A stretch of 63,757 bases of DNA, the filler included, from Octopus bimaculoides (lineage: Eukaryota), in assembly GCF_001194135.2 (NCBI RefSeq). It is 6 parts of 5 records of this genome, joined end to end, with 100 filler letters (N's around TTAATTAATTAA, not from the genome) between each part and the next. Parts side by side here need not be neighbours in the genome. Positions count along the whole stretch, not along the records: positions 1 to 30,722 come from NC_068983.1; 5 more parts are not named here. The stretch is one strand, 5' to 3'. Shown one piece after another: positions 13,513 through 26,119 of the stretch (positions are counted from its first letter, which is position 1; each line of letters starts with the position of its first letter). Made by a program: the position numbers and the translations under genes. The notes below the pieces were generated by a model. The model ran no database searches. It saw only the letters and a program-made list of their open reading frames with translations, and was not told the origin of the DNA.

Positions 13513-14646
13513 TCACACAACGCCAAAGGTATCATATGGGAAAATAAGATGGGTGAGTGTGCGTCCGGCCGAGGCCAGCAAGGCCGATATATGCGCTGAA
13601 GTTTCTGTCTGATTCTCTGAGATAAAATCCTTCATAGTCTAGTAGTAAACACAATATACTGTGGTATATATCGGAGGGAGAGGAACTTAGTCGCTGCAGT
13701 AACTCACGGGAAGAACAAACGCATTTCTTCTTTGTTGAGGGTTGTCAACGCTGTACATTTGTAATTTGCGTAAACGAAATGTTTTCTGCGATATGTCATG
13801 AAGCAGTGAATAAAACACTCTCATATATTTCAGAACCTTGTTTTATTGTAAGAAAACCCGATATGAGCAGCTGTCACAGCATGGGACGAAAATTATCATG
13901 TATCAGACTGATGAAAGTTTCTCCCCTCGAAACCGACGTATGATTTTTCAATGTTTTGCAGAACGCCCTGCACGTACGATTTGTTTATAGTGATCAAATG
14001 TGTGCCGTACATTAATTAGCTCACTCCGTCCGCCAAATCGACGTTGCCTGGGAAGGTACACAGTGTACCACGAGTCAGGTGTCGATGGGACTGCAGAACA
14101 ATGTAAGATGAAATGGTTTGTTCAAGAACAAAACACACAACGATAACCAATCTAGGAACTGAAACTACGATCACGGGATCGTGAGTGCGAAATCCCAACT
14201 GCTAGGTCATGTGTTCCCATAACTTACTACATATATATATATATATATGGATAATATTTATTATATGTGTGAATGTGTATGTTTGTCTGTGTGTGTATAT
14301 ATATATAGAGAGAGAGAGAGAAAGAAGGAGGGAGGGAGGGAGGGGNNNNNNNNNNNNNNNNNNNNNNNNNNNNNNNNNNNNNNNNNNNNNNNNNNNNNNN
14401 NNNNNNNNNNNNNNNNNNNNNNNNNNNNNNNNNNNNNNNNNNNNNNNNNNNNNNNNNNNNNNNNNNNNNNNNNNNNNNNNNNNNNNNNNNNNNNNNNNNN
14501 NNNNNNNNNNNNNNNNNNNNNNNNNNNNNNNNNNNNNNNNNNNNNNNNNNNNNNNNNNNNNNNNNNNNNNNNNNNNNNNNNNNNNNNNNNNNNNNNNNNN
14601 TGTGTGTGTGTGTGTGTGAATGTCTGCCTGTCTGAAAGTGCTTGTC

Positions 14647-14723
<77 letters not shown>

Positions 14724-15944
14724 GCACATCTTTATATACACATGCATGTGCGTGTATGAATACATATACAACTATACATTGCATATATATATATATATAT
14801 ATATGCATATACATGTGTGTGTGTGTGTATGTGTGTGTGTGTGTGTGTATGTGTGTGTGTGTGTGCGCGTAAGTATAATGGATGAAAATATGGTCTGAGT
14901 ATTATTCTATCGGCGAAGCAAATTAGTGGGATTCTCAGATTCTCAGCGTTAGAGATATTAATTACCTGAAATTGATGGATACTCGAAAACAAATTCTAGT
15001 TACATGCAAATTATATATCTATCAATCCATGCCATATAACAGAAAAGGTATGAGAGTTCGTCTGCATACAGGCATTTAATACCGTATATGGAAAACCAAA
15101 ATATGTGGTTCACGTTTGGTAATCCTCCAGAAAGTGAAGAGTCAAACGCAACAGATTCTCAGTTTACGATAGTCGATACAAACCTGCAAAAGACGATGGC
15201 TATAGGACAGAAATGATTCAATATTTGGCAGTATTGCTGAGAATTATTCTAGCATGCAACATACTTTAGGGTGTGCGCTCGATAAAGAAAACGTATGTAA
15301 ATATTAGTGTTATTGATTAGGTTAAAAAGACAGACACAGATATAGAAAACTGAGACAGTTGAATATCTGTCTCTAGATATATTCATTTTAGCTGTCTTGG
15401 GCAAAGCATATATTAAAGAAGACTTCTCCATGTAAATCTTATGAAATCTGTATGATATTTACGAGTTTTTATATCTATATATAACACAAGTGGTCGATAT
15501 TACTGCGAAAAATTAGGAAATATCCAGTTCACCTTCACGAACAGTCTTCAAAAAGAAAAAAAAAGAAACAACAAATCAATCAAAGAATGATTTTCTAAAA
15601 CTCAGAATCGGACGGTCGGTAATTATTCTCTGAATGTGAGCGTGAAGAGTGGACATGTGGTTATGAAATACTTCATGATAATAGCAAGAATTACTCTATT
15701 ATGCAAAGTAAATTAGGGAATATCTTAAATAAAATGAAATAAACATCAAGTTTAGCGAGACTGTTATTGTAAGGCATCTTATTTGTATGAACATAGAATT
15801 TTTTTTACGGTGTCATTCACGTTGGTTAATAACACTCTATATTCACATCTACATAGACAAGTGTATGTACTTATAAACACACACATACGTGATATATGAT
15901 TTTGAAATATTTCTTTTTTAATTTCAGGTGTAGGGAATATAGAA

Positions 15945-16560
15945 ATGAGTCGGAGTAAAGATACATCAAAGGCGAAGATAGAAATAATGAAACTAATGTG
16001 AGAAGGGGATACAGCAATTGTAATTTTTAAAAAGCTAAATAAAAATCACAGAACAATATAACAAAACACGTACGAAACATTGAGAGTGTAAGAATAAGGG
16101 AAAAAAACCGGTTTCAAGAACAACACAGAGATAAGAGAAAACTGAAAAGAATTATGTGCACGAAATGTGGGTTAGCCAGCAAATAAATCTTTGAAGAAGC
16201 AGGAATCTCTAACATACAAAGGAAAAAAAACGTTGCACAATATTAAAAGAAATAGGCAAAGTAATAATTTTTGCAAAATTGTCTCCTTTAGCTAAAGTAC
16301 ACAAAGAAAAGAGAGTCACGTGAGCAAAAGGATATATGACGAGAGACTTTACAAATGTACTTTTTACTGATGAGTGCAGAAAAGCATTAGATGAACCTGA
16401 TGCATGGGCAAGAGGCTGTGTGTTACATGGAAAAAAAGTCAACCAACACGATTAAGAAGACAGCAGAGTGGTGGGGGAATCAGGTTTTGGGCTGGTATAG
16501 TTGGAGGAGACATTATAGGTCCACTTAACGTTGCTGATGGAGTCAATTAATGAAGTACGA
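15945..16560 (+). mobile_element. Tc1-like transposase pseudogene (5' two-thirds)
   Basis: LFTDECRKALDEPDAWARG and RRQQSGGGIRFWAGIV (first catalytic D and following conserved block), with multiple stops and frameshifts. Confidence 0.85.
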
Positions 16561-16649
16561 TCGTTTCATGCGACTCCATTTAATTAAGCAATGTGAACAT
16601 TACATCGAATATAAAAATGCAGAGCAATCCTCAGCTGCACAGATTTTAT

Positions 16650-16907
16650 TTCTTTCATTCTTTTATTGGTCTTAGTCATTTGACTGCGGCCTTGCTTGAG
16701 CACTGCCTTAAATGGTTTTAATCGAAGCAATGGATCCTAGGTCATATTCTTCGTAAGCGTAGTACTTATGGTGTCGGGGAGTTTTTGCCGTACCGCTAAG
16801 TTATGGGGATGTCAATACACCAACATCTGTTGTCAAGCGATGGTGGTTGGGAGCAAATGCAGGCACAAAGACAAACACACACACACACACACACACAGGT
16901 GTGTGTG

Positions 16908-16973
<66 letters not shown>

Positions 16974-16988
16974 TATATATAAAGAGGC

Positions 16989-17020
<32 letters not shown>

Positions 17021-17183
17021 CGATGGGCCTCTTTCAGTTTTCGTCCACCAATTCCACTCACAATGCTTGGTCAGCCCGAAGCTATAGTAGAAGACACTTG
17101 CCCAAGGTGTCACACAGTGAGATTAAACCTGGGACCATGTGGTTGGGAAACAAGCTTCTTTCCGCACAACCACGCCTGCACCT
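16650..17183 (-). mobile_element. Full-length SINE family A (tRNA-derived head, ccttgggcaag CORE-like segment, central TA/CA microsatellite)
   Basis: Reverse complement of the copy at 58012-58390; head box ggttcagtccca and tail gcagtcaaatgactgaaacaagtaaaaga. Confidence 0.9.
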
Positions 17184-17259
17184 ATATATGCCTGTGATGT
17201 TTATCATATTACTGCGTTTCATAACTTGTGCACCATGTATTCACCGGTAGTTAGGAGTT

Positions 17260-17975
17260 CGATGTCCACATTGACCCTTCGCTTGATGGTTTCATAACCG
17301 TTACATTCCGCTTTAACGCCCTGAATTTCCTTTGTTTCCATCAGTTTTGAGATCTTTCGACCACTTCCTACCGACCTCCAGCAGTTAGGTTCATGAACTC
17401 ACATACAGCGCTACGGATATTGTTTTCCCTGCCATAATGCTTTTTCCCGATCGCTGCCATTTAATGTTGAAATTTCCCACGGTGAACCTCATCCTCACTG
17501 AATCTATAATGGATATTAAGGGCCTGATAACTTCTGTTGATAGCCAGTTGTACTTCATCCACTTTGGAGAAGCTGGTGAGGCACTTTTTTGTACGTTTTT
17601 GCAATATTGAATGATACGAGAGAGTTCTTATTTATTTTTGCGTCGATGTATTCGTTGGCCAAAAGATATTGTTAATCTGTTGGCAATGATGATCCAAAAG
17701 TTCTTCTCCTCAACGTCCAAATGAGAGACCTCTCACAACTGAACGAGTCCCGATGAGTTTTCTTCCTTAGGGACAAAACATGCCACAGCGGAAATCCAGA
17801 GCCAGAGTTCCTGCTTCTTCTTCCAGATCAAGCTTAACAGTCGTGCTAGCTTCCTAAACAGTAGACGGAATTTTTTCCACATGCTATATAGAGTGCCACC
17901 CCGGAGCAGAACCTGCGCTATCTTCTGCTACTGCTTCCTACATTTCGTTGAAAGTGAAGTCTGATATGTCGAAAG
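17260..17975 (-). pseudogene. Non-LTR retrotransposon RT fragment, Hero/NeSL-like (RLE-type clade)
   Basis: SAGSAPG, FVPKEENSSGLVQL*EVSHLDVEEKNFWIIIANRLT and KWQRSGKSIMAGKTIS resemble the Hero-type IPKEENS...ISLLNVEGKIF and WQ.LE.GIMAGCTISP blocks. Heavily frameshifted. Confidence 0.7.
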
Positions 17976-18193
17976 GATGAGGAATTTGAGTGTTGGTAGT
18001 GGAATGGGACAATATCATAAATGTATGTATAACTGCTCTAGCTTTTTTAAAGGAAGGAAAATCATATTACTCAATGTATGTAGATCGTGTTATGTATTAA
18101 AACGAGATATCTTGGCTTCATTATTCAGTTTACTGGGAACGTTAGTATTCAGGGAAATATTCACGACTAAAGGTCAAGTGGCGTGATACATGT

Positions 18194-18261
<68 letters not shown>

Positions 18262-18816
18262 CATATATATGTGCGTGTGTGTGTCTGTGTATATATATAC
18301 AGATAGATAGATAGAAAGATAGATGCATATATACGTGTATGTATATATGTTTATGTGTATATATATATATATATATATATGTATGTACGTACATATATAA
18401 AAGTACATGTATAAGCATATATAAATATATACACACATATAGACAAGCACAAATGTATAATATATATATATATATATATTTATTTATTTGTGCGTGTGTA
18501 TGTATGTGCGCATGTGTACCTGTCTGTATGCGTGTGTGTGTGCATGTGTGTAAATACTGAGATATTAAAAAACAATTGTTGTTACATGTACATACATTAT
18601 CTCTCAGCAATAACATAATTTTGCCAGCTGAATACAAATCAATGTGTCATGAAATGTAGATCACTGGGAATTACTAATGTTATAAAGCTAAGTTTTTATG
18701 GAATATAAACAGCTGAAATTATACAGGAATGACGAAAATACTCAATATAAGCTTATATAGAGTAACACATCAATGTACCTATGGGTGTGTGTCTTTTCGT
18801 GTGTGCATGCATTAGT

Positions 18817-18860
<44 letters not shown>

Positions 18861-18894
18861 TATATATANNNNNNNNNNTATATATATATATATA

Positions 18895-19012
18895 GGTGCA
18901 GGATGGCTGAGTTGTAAGTAGCTTGCTAACCAACTACATTGTTCCGGGTTCAGTCCCACGGCGTGACACCTTGGGCAAGTGTCTTCTACTATAGCCTCGG
19001 GCCGACCAAAGC
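18895..19012 (+). mobile_element. SINE family A head (5' fragment)
   Basis: ggtgcaggatggctgagttgtaag...gggttcagtcccacggcgtgacaccttgggcaagtgtcttctactatagcc. Confidence 0.9.
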
Positions 19013-19201
19013 ATTATTATTCTTTAATCATTGCGCAGGGCTCGCTATAAGCTTTCAGCTCATAACATACTATTATTATTATTCACAGAGTCGGAAAATC
19101 GGCACTGCTTAACAAAACCATTCGCAGTAAAAGCAGGAAATATTTGTTTACAAAAACAACTACGAACCAATTTTAGTTACTAAATCGGCCAGAAAAAAGC
19201 A

Positions 19202-19278
19202 GGTACGTTCGCTGGTGTAATCGGTAGCACACTTGGTGGCGTAAACAAAGAGGTGTGGGTTCGAGTCCCATCCGTATG
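19202..19278 (+). pseudogene. tRNA-like sequence (tRNA pseudogene or orphan SINE head)
   Basis: A box tggtgtaatcggta, D stem gtgt/gcac, T arm gtggg-ttcgagt-cccat (B box). The anticodon arm has a 9-nt loop and one mismatch, the acceptor stem is offset, and there is no poly-T terminator. Confidence 0.55.
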
Positions 19279-20344
19279 GGAAAACTTATTTCTTTCTGTT
19301 GAGGGCTTACATGCCCCATTATTGGACTATTTTATTTAGTCATTGCGCGATCATCGATATAAGAATTAAGCTTATAAGATACTATCATTATCATCTACAG
19401 AATTGTAAACTCGACACTCCTTAAGAAAACCATTCGCATATATTTGAAAACATTAAAATCTAGAACTCAAATTTGGTTGGATCTCGAAACACTTCGTTAT
19501 TATGTTTTCTCTTTTGCTCTAAACAAATTTTAGCTGCATGCAATAACTACAAGAATCTTCGAACAAGTTAATGTATATGCATATATATGTATGTGTAATG
19601 CATATATAATGATTGTGACATCAAATGATATCAAAAACAATTTCCTTTGCAAGAATAAGATGCTATCTTTAATGACAAGAAATTCTTGCCTACTAAACAT
19701 ATGTCAACATGAAAAAATGAATTATATTTCTCATTTAGCAATTATTTCCTCTTCATTATCGCAGGTCCATAAAATCTTAGCATTAGTAGGCTATTGCCTA
19801 ATGGCTTGGAGAAACTTTGAATCATACAATATAGCCATATATATGAAGGCGCATGGTTTAGTGATTAGCAAGTTGCACTCACAATCTAGCGATCATGATT
19901 TGAAATCGTAGAAATAGTGACACGTTGGGTTCTTCAGTGACACATTTCATTTCACGTTGCTCTATGATCACATCGACACGATGCTTGGTACGCAGGCCCT
20001 CTTCGGACACCGTCGATTTGATGGAGAAAGGGATCTAAGCGAGTCATGGACATTTGATCACTATAAGCAAATCACTTGTGCAGGTCGTTCGGCAAAAGCT
20101 GAGCGTTTGTACGTCGGCTTCGAAGGGAGAGTATATTCATATGTATATATTGTTGTCACCCACTTCGGTCATGAATGACCATGGGATTGCACCTAGAAAG
20201 TTACCCTCCGAGGCACAAGTCTGGGCAAGGTTGTTTATGGAAGACCAGCAGTTGCCCATTCATACCAGCCTCCCGTCTCCTCGCCACCGATGTTATCCAA
20301 GGGAAAAGCAAAGGCTGATACAGCTTGGCACCAGTGAAGTCGCA

Positions 20345-20657
20345 GCTCTTTATTAACGTGCAAGTGGTTGAATACTCCACAGACACATGTACCCTTGACG
20401 TAGTTCCCCAGGACATTCAGCGTGACGCAGAGTGTGACAAGACTGGGCCTTTGAAATACAGGTACAACTGAAAAAATGAGTGAGAGAAAACTGTGGTGAA
20501 AGAGTACATAAGAGTTCATCACCACCCCCTGCAGGAGCCTCATGTAGCTTTAGGTGCTTTTGCTCAATAAACACTAACAATACCCGGTCTGGGAATCGAA
20601 ACAGCGATCCTACGACCGCGTGTCCGCTGCGCTAATCACTGGGCCATTGAGCCTCCA
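20345..20657 (-). mobile_element. SINE family B copy (fused at its low-coordinate end to another repeat from about 20155)
   Basis: Reverse complement of 20885-21205; tRNA-like head gtttcgattcccagaccg and body gaactacgt..gggtac. Confidence 0.85.
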
Positions 20658-20884
20658 CACACGCACACACATATATATATATATACATATATACGTGTGT
20701 GAATACATAGACATATATATGCATTTATATATATATATATATATATATNNNNNNNNNNNNNNNNNNNNNNNNNNNNNNNNNNNNNNNNNNNNNNNNNNNN
20801 NNNNNNNNNNNNNNNNNNNNNNNNNNNNNNNNNNNNNNNNNNNNNNNNTACATACATACATACATACATACATACATACATACG

Positions 20885-21205
20885 GGTGCAATGGCCCAAT
20901 GTTTAGGGCAGTGGAATCGCGGTTACAGGATCGCGGTTTCAATTCCCAGACCGAGCGTTTCATACGGCGGGGTGGGCGTGGCGAACCTTACTGTACTCTT
21001 TCACCGCCACTCTCTCTCTCACTCAATCTTCCTGTACTTGTATTTCAAGGGCCAGCCTTCTTACACTATGTGTCACGCTGAATCTCCCTGCGAACTACGT
21101 TAAAATACACGTGTCTGTGGAGAGCTCAGCCAGTTGCATGTTAATTTCACGAGCAGGCTGTTTTGTTGATTGGATCAACTGGAACCCTGGTTGTCGTAAC
21201 CGTAG
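20885..21205 (+). mobile_element. SINE family B copy
   Basis: Head ggtgcaatggcccaatg...ggtttcaattcccagaccg and body tcacgctgaatctccctgcgaactacgtt...ggatcaactggaaccc. Also at 34855-35176(-), 38290-38612(-) and 55755-55980(+). Confidence 0.85.
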
Positions 21206-21513
21206 TATATAGATATATATATATATTTCCCGAGCGTTATACTAATACATCTGTTTGTTGTCTACACCACAAGTCTTCGTCTTTTGTGAATTGTCCCCCA
21301 CCCCCCAAACATATGCAGGCCTTACACTCCTCTGAAGAAAACCCTTAGTAAACCATCCAGAGTCATTCAAGCAAACTGAGTTCTCAACTTGTTCCATTTA
21401 CCAAAAGTTTGGCGAGGCACAGGCAGTGACTGGACACTGTCCATAAAACGATTAACACTCATTTTACAGAACCCTCATTTGTTCTTCACAAGAGAATCCA
21501 TCACACACACACT

Positions 21514-21549
<36 letters not shown>

Positions 21550-22399
21550 ATATTATATCATGCTATTGTATTATTTTATTTTATATTGATAAGAAGTACT
21601 CAAAATGTTACTGTTATCTTAAGCTTCATAAAGTGTACGCGGCAGTCGGTGCATCGGCTGGTATAATTATACACTTATAGATGCATTTATCCAGTATGCT
21701 TATTGTTCTCGATACACTGTTCAGCCTTGTTGGCGAAAAATAAAAATTATGGAATTAATGTTGCTCCACTACATATACCCGTATTACAAACTATGCACAA
21801 CCTCAACTGTGTGGCATATTATAGCGCGACGCGTGGCTAAGTAGTAAGATAGCGTTAATAAAAGGCATAAATGGCTGATATCAGTAGAGTGGTGGTGGCC
21901 CCACTCTCATTCACTAATCGAGATACAATTCTTTTTCTAAGAGATTTTCGAAACAAAGTGGTATTTCTTCGGTACACTGCTACAGGATCAATCGGGAATC
22001 AGCCAATCAAAAATATTCTTGCTAATTCTCCCAATATCTCATTTAAAGGGACTAATGGACCTAACAGAAATGTAAAATATGAAATCTAGTATTGGTTCCT
22101 TAAGAAAGAAATGAGAGTCTTGCTGTCTAAAGACTCAGTTCAGTTATCTCCTGGGGGTTTGGTTACTAAAAGATGGCGTTAGTCATGAATGTACTTCATG
22201 ATATCAGACTTGGAATTGTTTATTGATTTTAAACATTTCCTTAGCCATATAGGTATTATATGAACGACGGTCTCCAATTTTGGTCCGATTCTTGTACGTT
22301 GTGTTCAAATTCCCATAGGTTCTGTTGGATTCTTTTGCGGAATTTTCGAAACTTCATATTCCTGCTGACGTCCATCAGCACTTATCCCGTTCTTTCATT

Positions 22400-23370
22400 C
22401 CCTTAAAATTCTCCTGTAGTACTTGCGTGGCCTTCGTCTAAGCATCACGGATGAGGTAAAAGATCGATAGTGTTATACCGAAAGTCAGCTCGACAAAACT
22501 TCTTCGTCCATAACAATTCGGCCCCTCACTATCTGCATTAAGACCGACTACACACACAATAAGATCACCCGTATACACAACAGATGCAAAGACAGCGACA
22601 TAGGTTGCAAAATTTCTTAAGGTACTTGGAATCAACGGATACCCACACACATCCTGCACGGATGCAAACCAAGTAAACGTGGCAAGAAGAATCTCTGTCG
22701 GAGAGGTTTCACATCTTTAACGATAATATCGATAAGCTTTGATGGTGTCAGCGACGAGAAGCCGCTGGAAATAGCGAGCAAACGGATGAGATATGACAGG
22801 AAGTGAACATAGAAACATGAAATAAATATGTAATATACAATAAACTTTATACAAACGAAATAATATTCAAGACTGGAGGAATAGGAAACCGAGAAGAGAC
22901 AAAGACGAAAACACGACGGAATGTGAACATACAAACAAAATGAAATAAATATACAGAATTAGGTCTTAGGGCCTAGCCATGAGACGAAAATGTAGGTAAC
23001 ACCAGGAAGAATATTGTAAGGGATTAGAAACGAAGGAAACAACGGTCGTGTTTCTCTTGCCTCCCACTTTCAACAAGCTTTGTTGTGTCTCCGTTGTTCT
23101 CTGCATCGTTAATCCTTTAGGATGCTCCTCCTGGCGTTACCTATATTTTGGCCACATGTCAAATCCTTAACACCTTATTCTGTTTACTTATTTCGTTTCC
23201 TTTGTATGTACATATTCCGTCGTATTTGTTTTCGTTTTGTCCCTTGTCTGTTCCCTATCCGTCTCGTCTTGAATATTATTTCGTTCGTATGTGCAGTTTC
23301 TATCATATTTGGTCTCCTGTTCATTTTTCCACTCTTTCTCGGCAGCTTCAAGTGGCTGACACCACCGATG
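22400..23370 (+). mobile_element. Penelope-like element remnant: RT thumb fragment followed by inverted pseudo-LTR-like arms (22742-23010 / 23125-23370)
   Basis: LRLSITDE, YRKSARQNFFVHNNSA and KFLKVLGINGYP match the PLE FLD..L...YRKP and L..NGYP blocks. The arms are visible as the shared YVHIPS...LEYYFV peptide in ORFs 22632(-) and 23148(+). Confidence 0.65.
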
Positions 23371-24510
23371 CGATGTTCTTATTATCGTGAAACTGCTGTT
23401 ATCATTTGGACGGTCGTGACGAGGATTTTGTGACATTCTGTGTGTGCTTTTCGTTTGTTCGGGCTCATATATATGTGTGTTTTTTAACATGGCATCTTAA
23501 CTTATTTTGCTATTCTTACGCGATACTGAGTTCTCAGTGACAGAAAATATAGCAATGTACTTAAATTAAGTACTCGAGAGTAAGTTACCACATTGTGGCT
23601 CCGTTCTCATGTTTCGAGTCTACAACCTCCACCGTTCGAGCTCCTTTTGCCCGCTGGTTTCCAAATATCACGTGCTTTATCATGAATAAAAGCAATCATG
23701 ATGTTCATATCTGTAGAAAATGGCGAATCACCGTTTTCGCCGCCAGCGTGTCGCCCGTTATTTCTTTAATATCTTTCTTTCTTACAATCGTCTTCTCGTT
23801 TATCTACTAAACCCGTCTCCAATCTAGTTCTCGTTATCACTAGTTCTTTTCGAAACCTAAATAATTATTTTCACCATTATTCATTTATTAAATTATATAT
23901 TTATGAATTGGGTAATATATCAAGAGTTGTTTATCTTCTATCATAAAGAATATCAAACATCTAGGAGAAATAAATTCAAATATCGAAGGTTAACAAAAGC
24001 TTTAGCGATAGTCTCTAACAATATACACAGACACTAGTATAGCTATTTTGCGGAACGTGTCTACGTCAATAATTATTTGTACTCTATCGGTGTCTTTGCA
24101 GTATATCGTTTCAGTCATAACAAATGCTATTGAAATTATGGACACTGTCCTCAATACTATATTGATTTTAATTCTATAGCCTAAGTCACTGTAATTCCTT
24201 CGCTTTTAATTTCGCTTCTTCATGGTCTTATTGCTATTTGGTATTGCTATTTCAAATCAAAATACATTTGTTGTGATTTGTGTTATAGAAAATGTGTCGC
24301 CCCGAGTTAAACCTGATTCAGAAGACCTATGACCAAAGGGATTCCAGCTGTGACAATCATGCCTTTACCCTGCGTAAGGGAATCCTAGAGTGCACTGTTT
24401 AACATGTCCTTAATAAAGACGGTAGAGTGTGGTTTGGTATTTCTGTCGTTTGTCGTAGAAAATTATGTTAGGTGAATATGTGATATCTATTGTTCTCTGT
24501 ACAATATTAA

Positions 24511-24874
24511 CCCTTTGAAACCGCCAGGCCGGTTTTCCGGCCTGATTGTACAATATAGTACAGCTCGCTAGGCCGTTAACTATTTAACCAATAAAACACC
24601 CTTTTACATCACAGTCTAGGCTGCTATTCACGGCCGAAATTCCAGGAGGAAGCTTCAAGAATTTTTAATCATAAATTGCAGGTTTTTAAGTATTTGTTTT
24701 GCACGCTAAAGTTTAGTCTTGAAGGTAGACGTGGGAAAATAAAATAACATAAAATAGGTATTTTATTTGTTGATTTATCATAAATAACATCAAAGTACTA
24801 GTACATGAATAAAAATAACTCATAACTGATCAGGTTGGCGGCCATATCAGGATGGGCTAATAGGGCTCAAAGGG
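24511..24874. mobile_element. piggyBac-type MITE, 364 bp
   Basis: TTAA at 24507-24510 and 24875-24878 (TSD); termini CCCTTTGA...TCAAAGGG; no ORF. Confidence 0.88.
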
Positions 24875-25544
24875 TTAAGACCTACAAAACGATCGTACTT
24901 TTCATTCTATGTGGGCAGCGATGTATGTTAACTGCTAAGAGCGTCGGACAGAAAGCGTTTCTCTTCGGCTTCTGCGATGGAACATGCTCAACTTCACCTT
25001 CTGTCACTTCTTTAGTAGATAAACTTAACTAATAAATCAAATTATGCAGTCGATATAATCTGCTATACATGCTTCCTCAAATTCCGTATTTCGTGTCTTA
25101 GGAAGAATATCTAATCAATGGGAGTCCATTATAATATCAGAAATTATTATTTAAATCGGAAACATTCTAAATATAAACTACATCCTTCTCTGCATTTAAT
25201 TTTGAATCCGTAATAAATTCATAATTACAATTCTTGCGCTCGTAACGTGATGTCATTCTCGCTATATGCATATCATTCTGACATCGCAAAATAAATTGAT
25301 TAGCCATTAGTTTTCCCTCCACAATATCGCATTCATTGCATGTGCTTCCTTAACAGTTTTACATATATTAGGGAACATTACAAAATTTGTTAATGTGGTC
25401 ATTTAGTTTTTAAATGAACAGACGTGGTGCATGATAATATCGAAATCGTCGCTTGAACAAAACTGATTAGTAATTGTTGTGATAATGTGCAGTTCCAAAT
25501 ACAGATCGATGTCTCTATAGAGACATAAGCATATTCATACGCAT

Positions 25545-25545
<1 letters not shown>

Positions 25546-25586
<41 letters not shown>

Positions 25587-25945
25587 TATATATACACACA
25601 CACATATATATATTATATATACACATACACACAAACATATTATATATGCATACACATATTATATATACATACACACACACACACACACATATATATACAT
25701 ACACACACACACATATATATACATACACACACACACACATATATACATACACACACACACACATATATATACATACACACACACACATATATACATACAC
25801 ACACACACATATATNNNNNNNNNNACACACACATATACATACACACACACACACATATATACATACACACACACATATATACATACACACACACACATAT
25901 ATACATACACACACACACACACATATACATATATATGTGTATATA
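25546..25945. repeat. Compound CA/TA minisatellite with a unit of about 20-22 nt
   Basis: acacacacacatatat(at)acat repeated many times; contains a small gap. Confidence 0.9.
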
Positions 25946-26119
25946 TAAATTAGCCCTAAGATTAAGGACGCACGAGGCATCAACCTGTCGAGAAATAGGA
26001 GTCAGGATCTCAAATATACCACCGAAATCACTGAAATATGACACAGACAACAGTAGGAGAGCAAATATAGGAGATCAAATATAGGAGAGAAAGTGTAGGA
26101 GAACAAATAAAAGGGATGG

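Noticed and set aside
13659-13878. Solo LTR (TGT...ACA with AATAAA, followed by TGG)
   Set aside because: No target-site duplication, no second LTR and no gag/pol nearby.
14966-15183. Exon-like segment with AG/GT ends beginning VCIDYRKL (Gypsy RT-like motif)
   Set aside because: Stops in all three frames and no other RT motifs around; likely chance.
16367-16382. CTGATGA-gtgca-GAAA hammerhead-like core
   Set aside because: It is the coding sequence for TDECRK of the Tc1-like transposase; no stem II.
21871-22089. 72-aa ORF (MADISRVVV...)
   Set aside because: No recognisable domain or splice context; the length is expected by chance.
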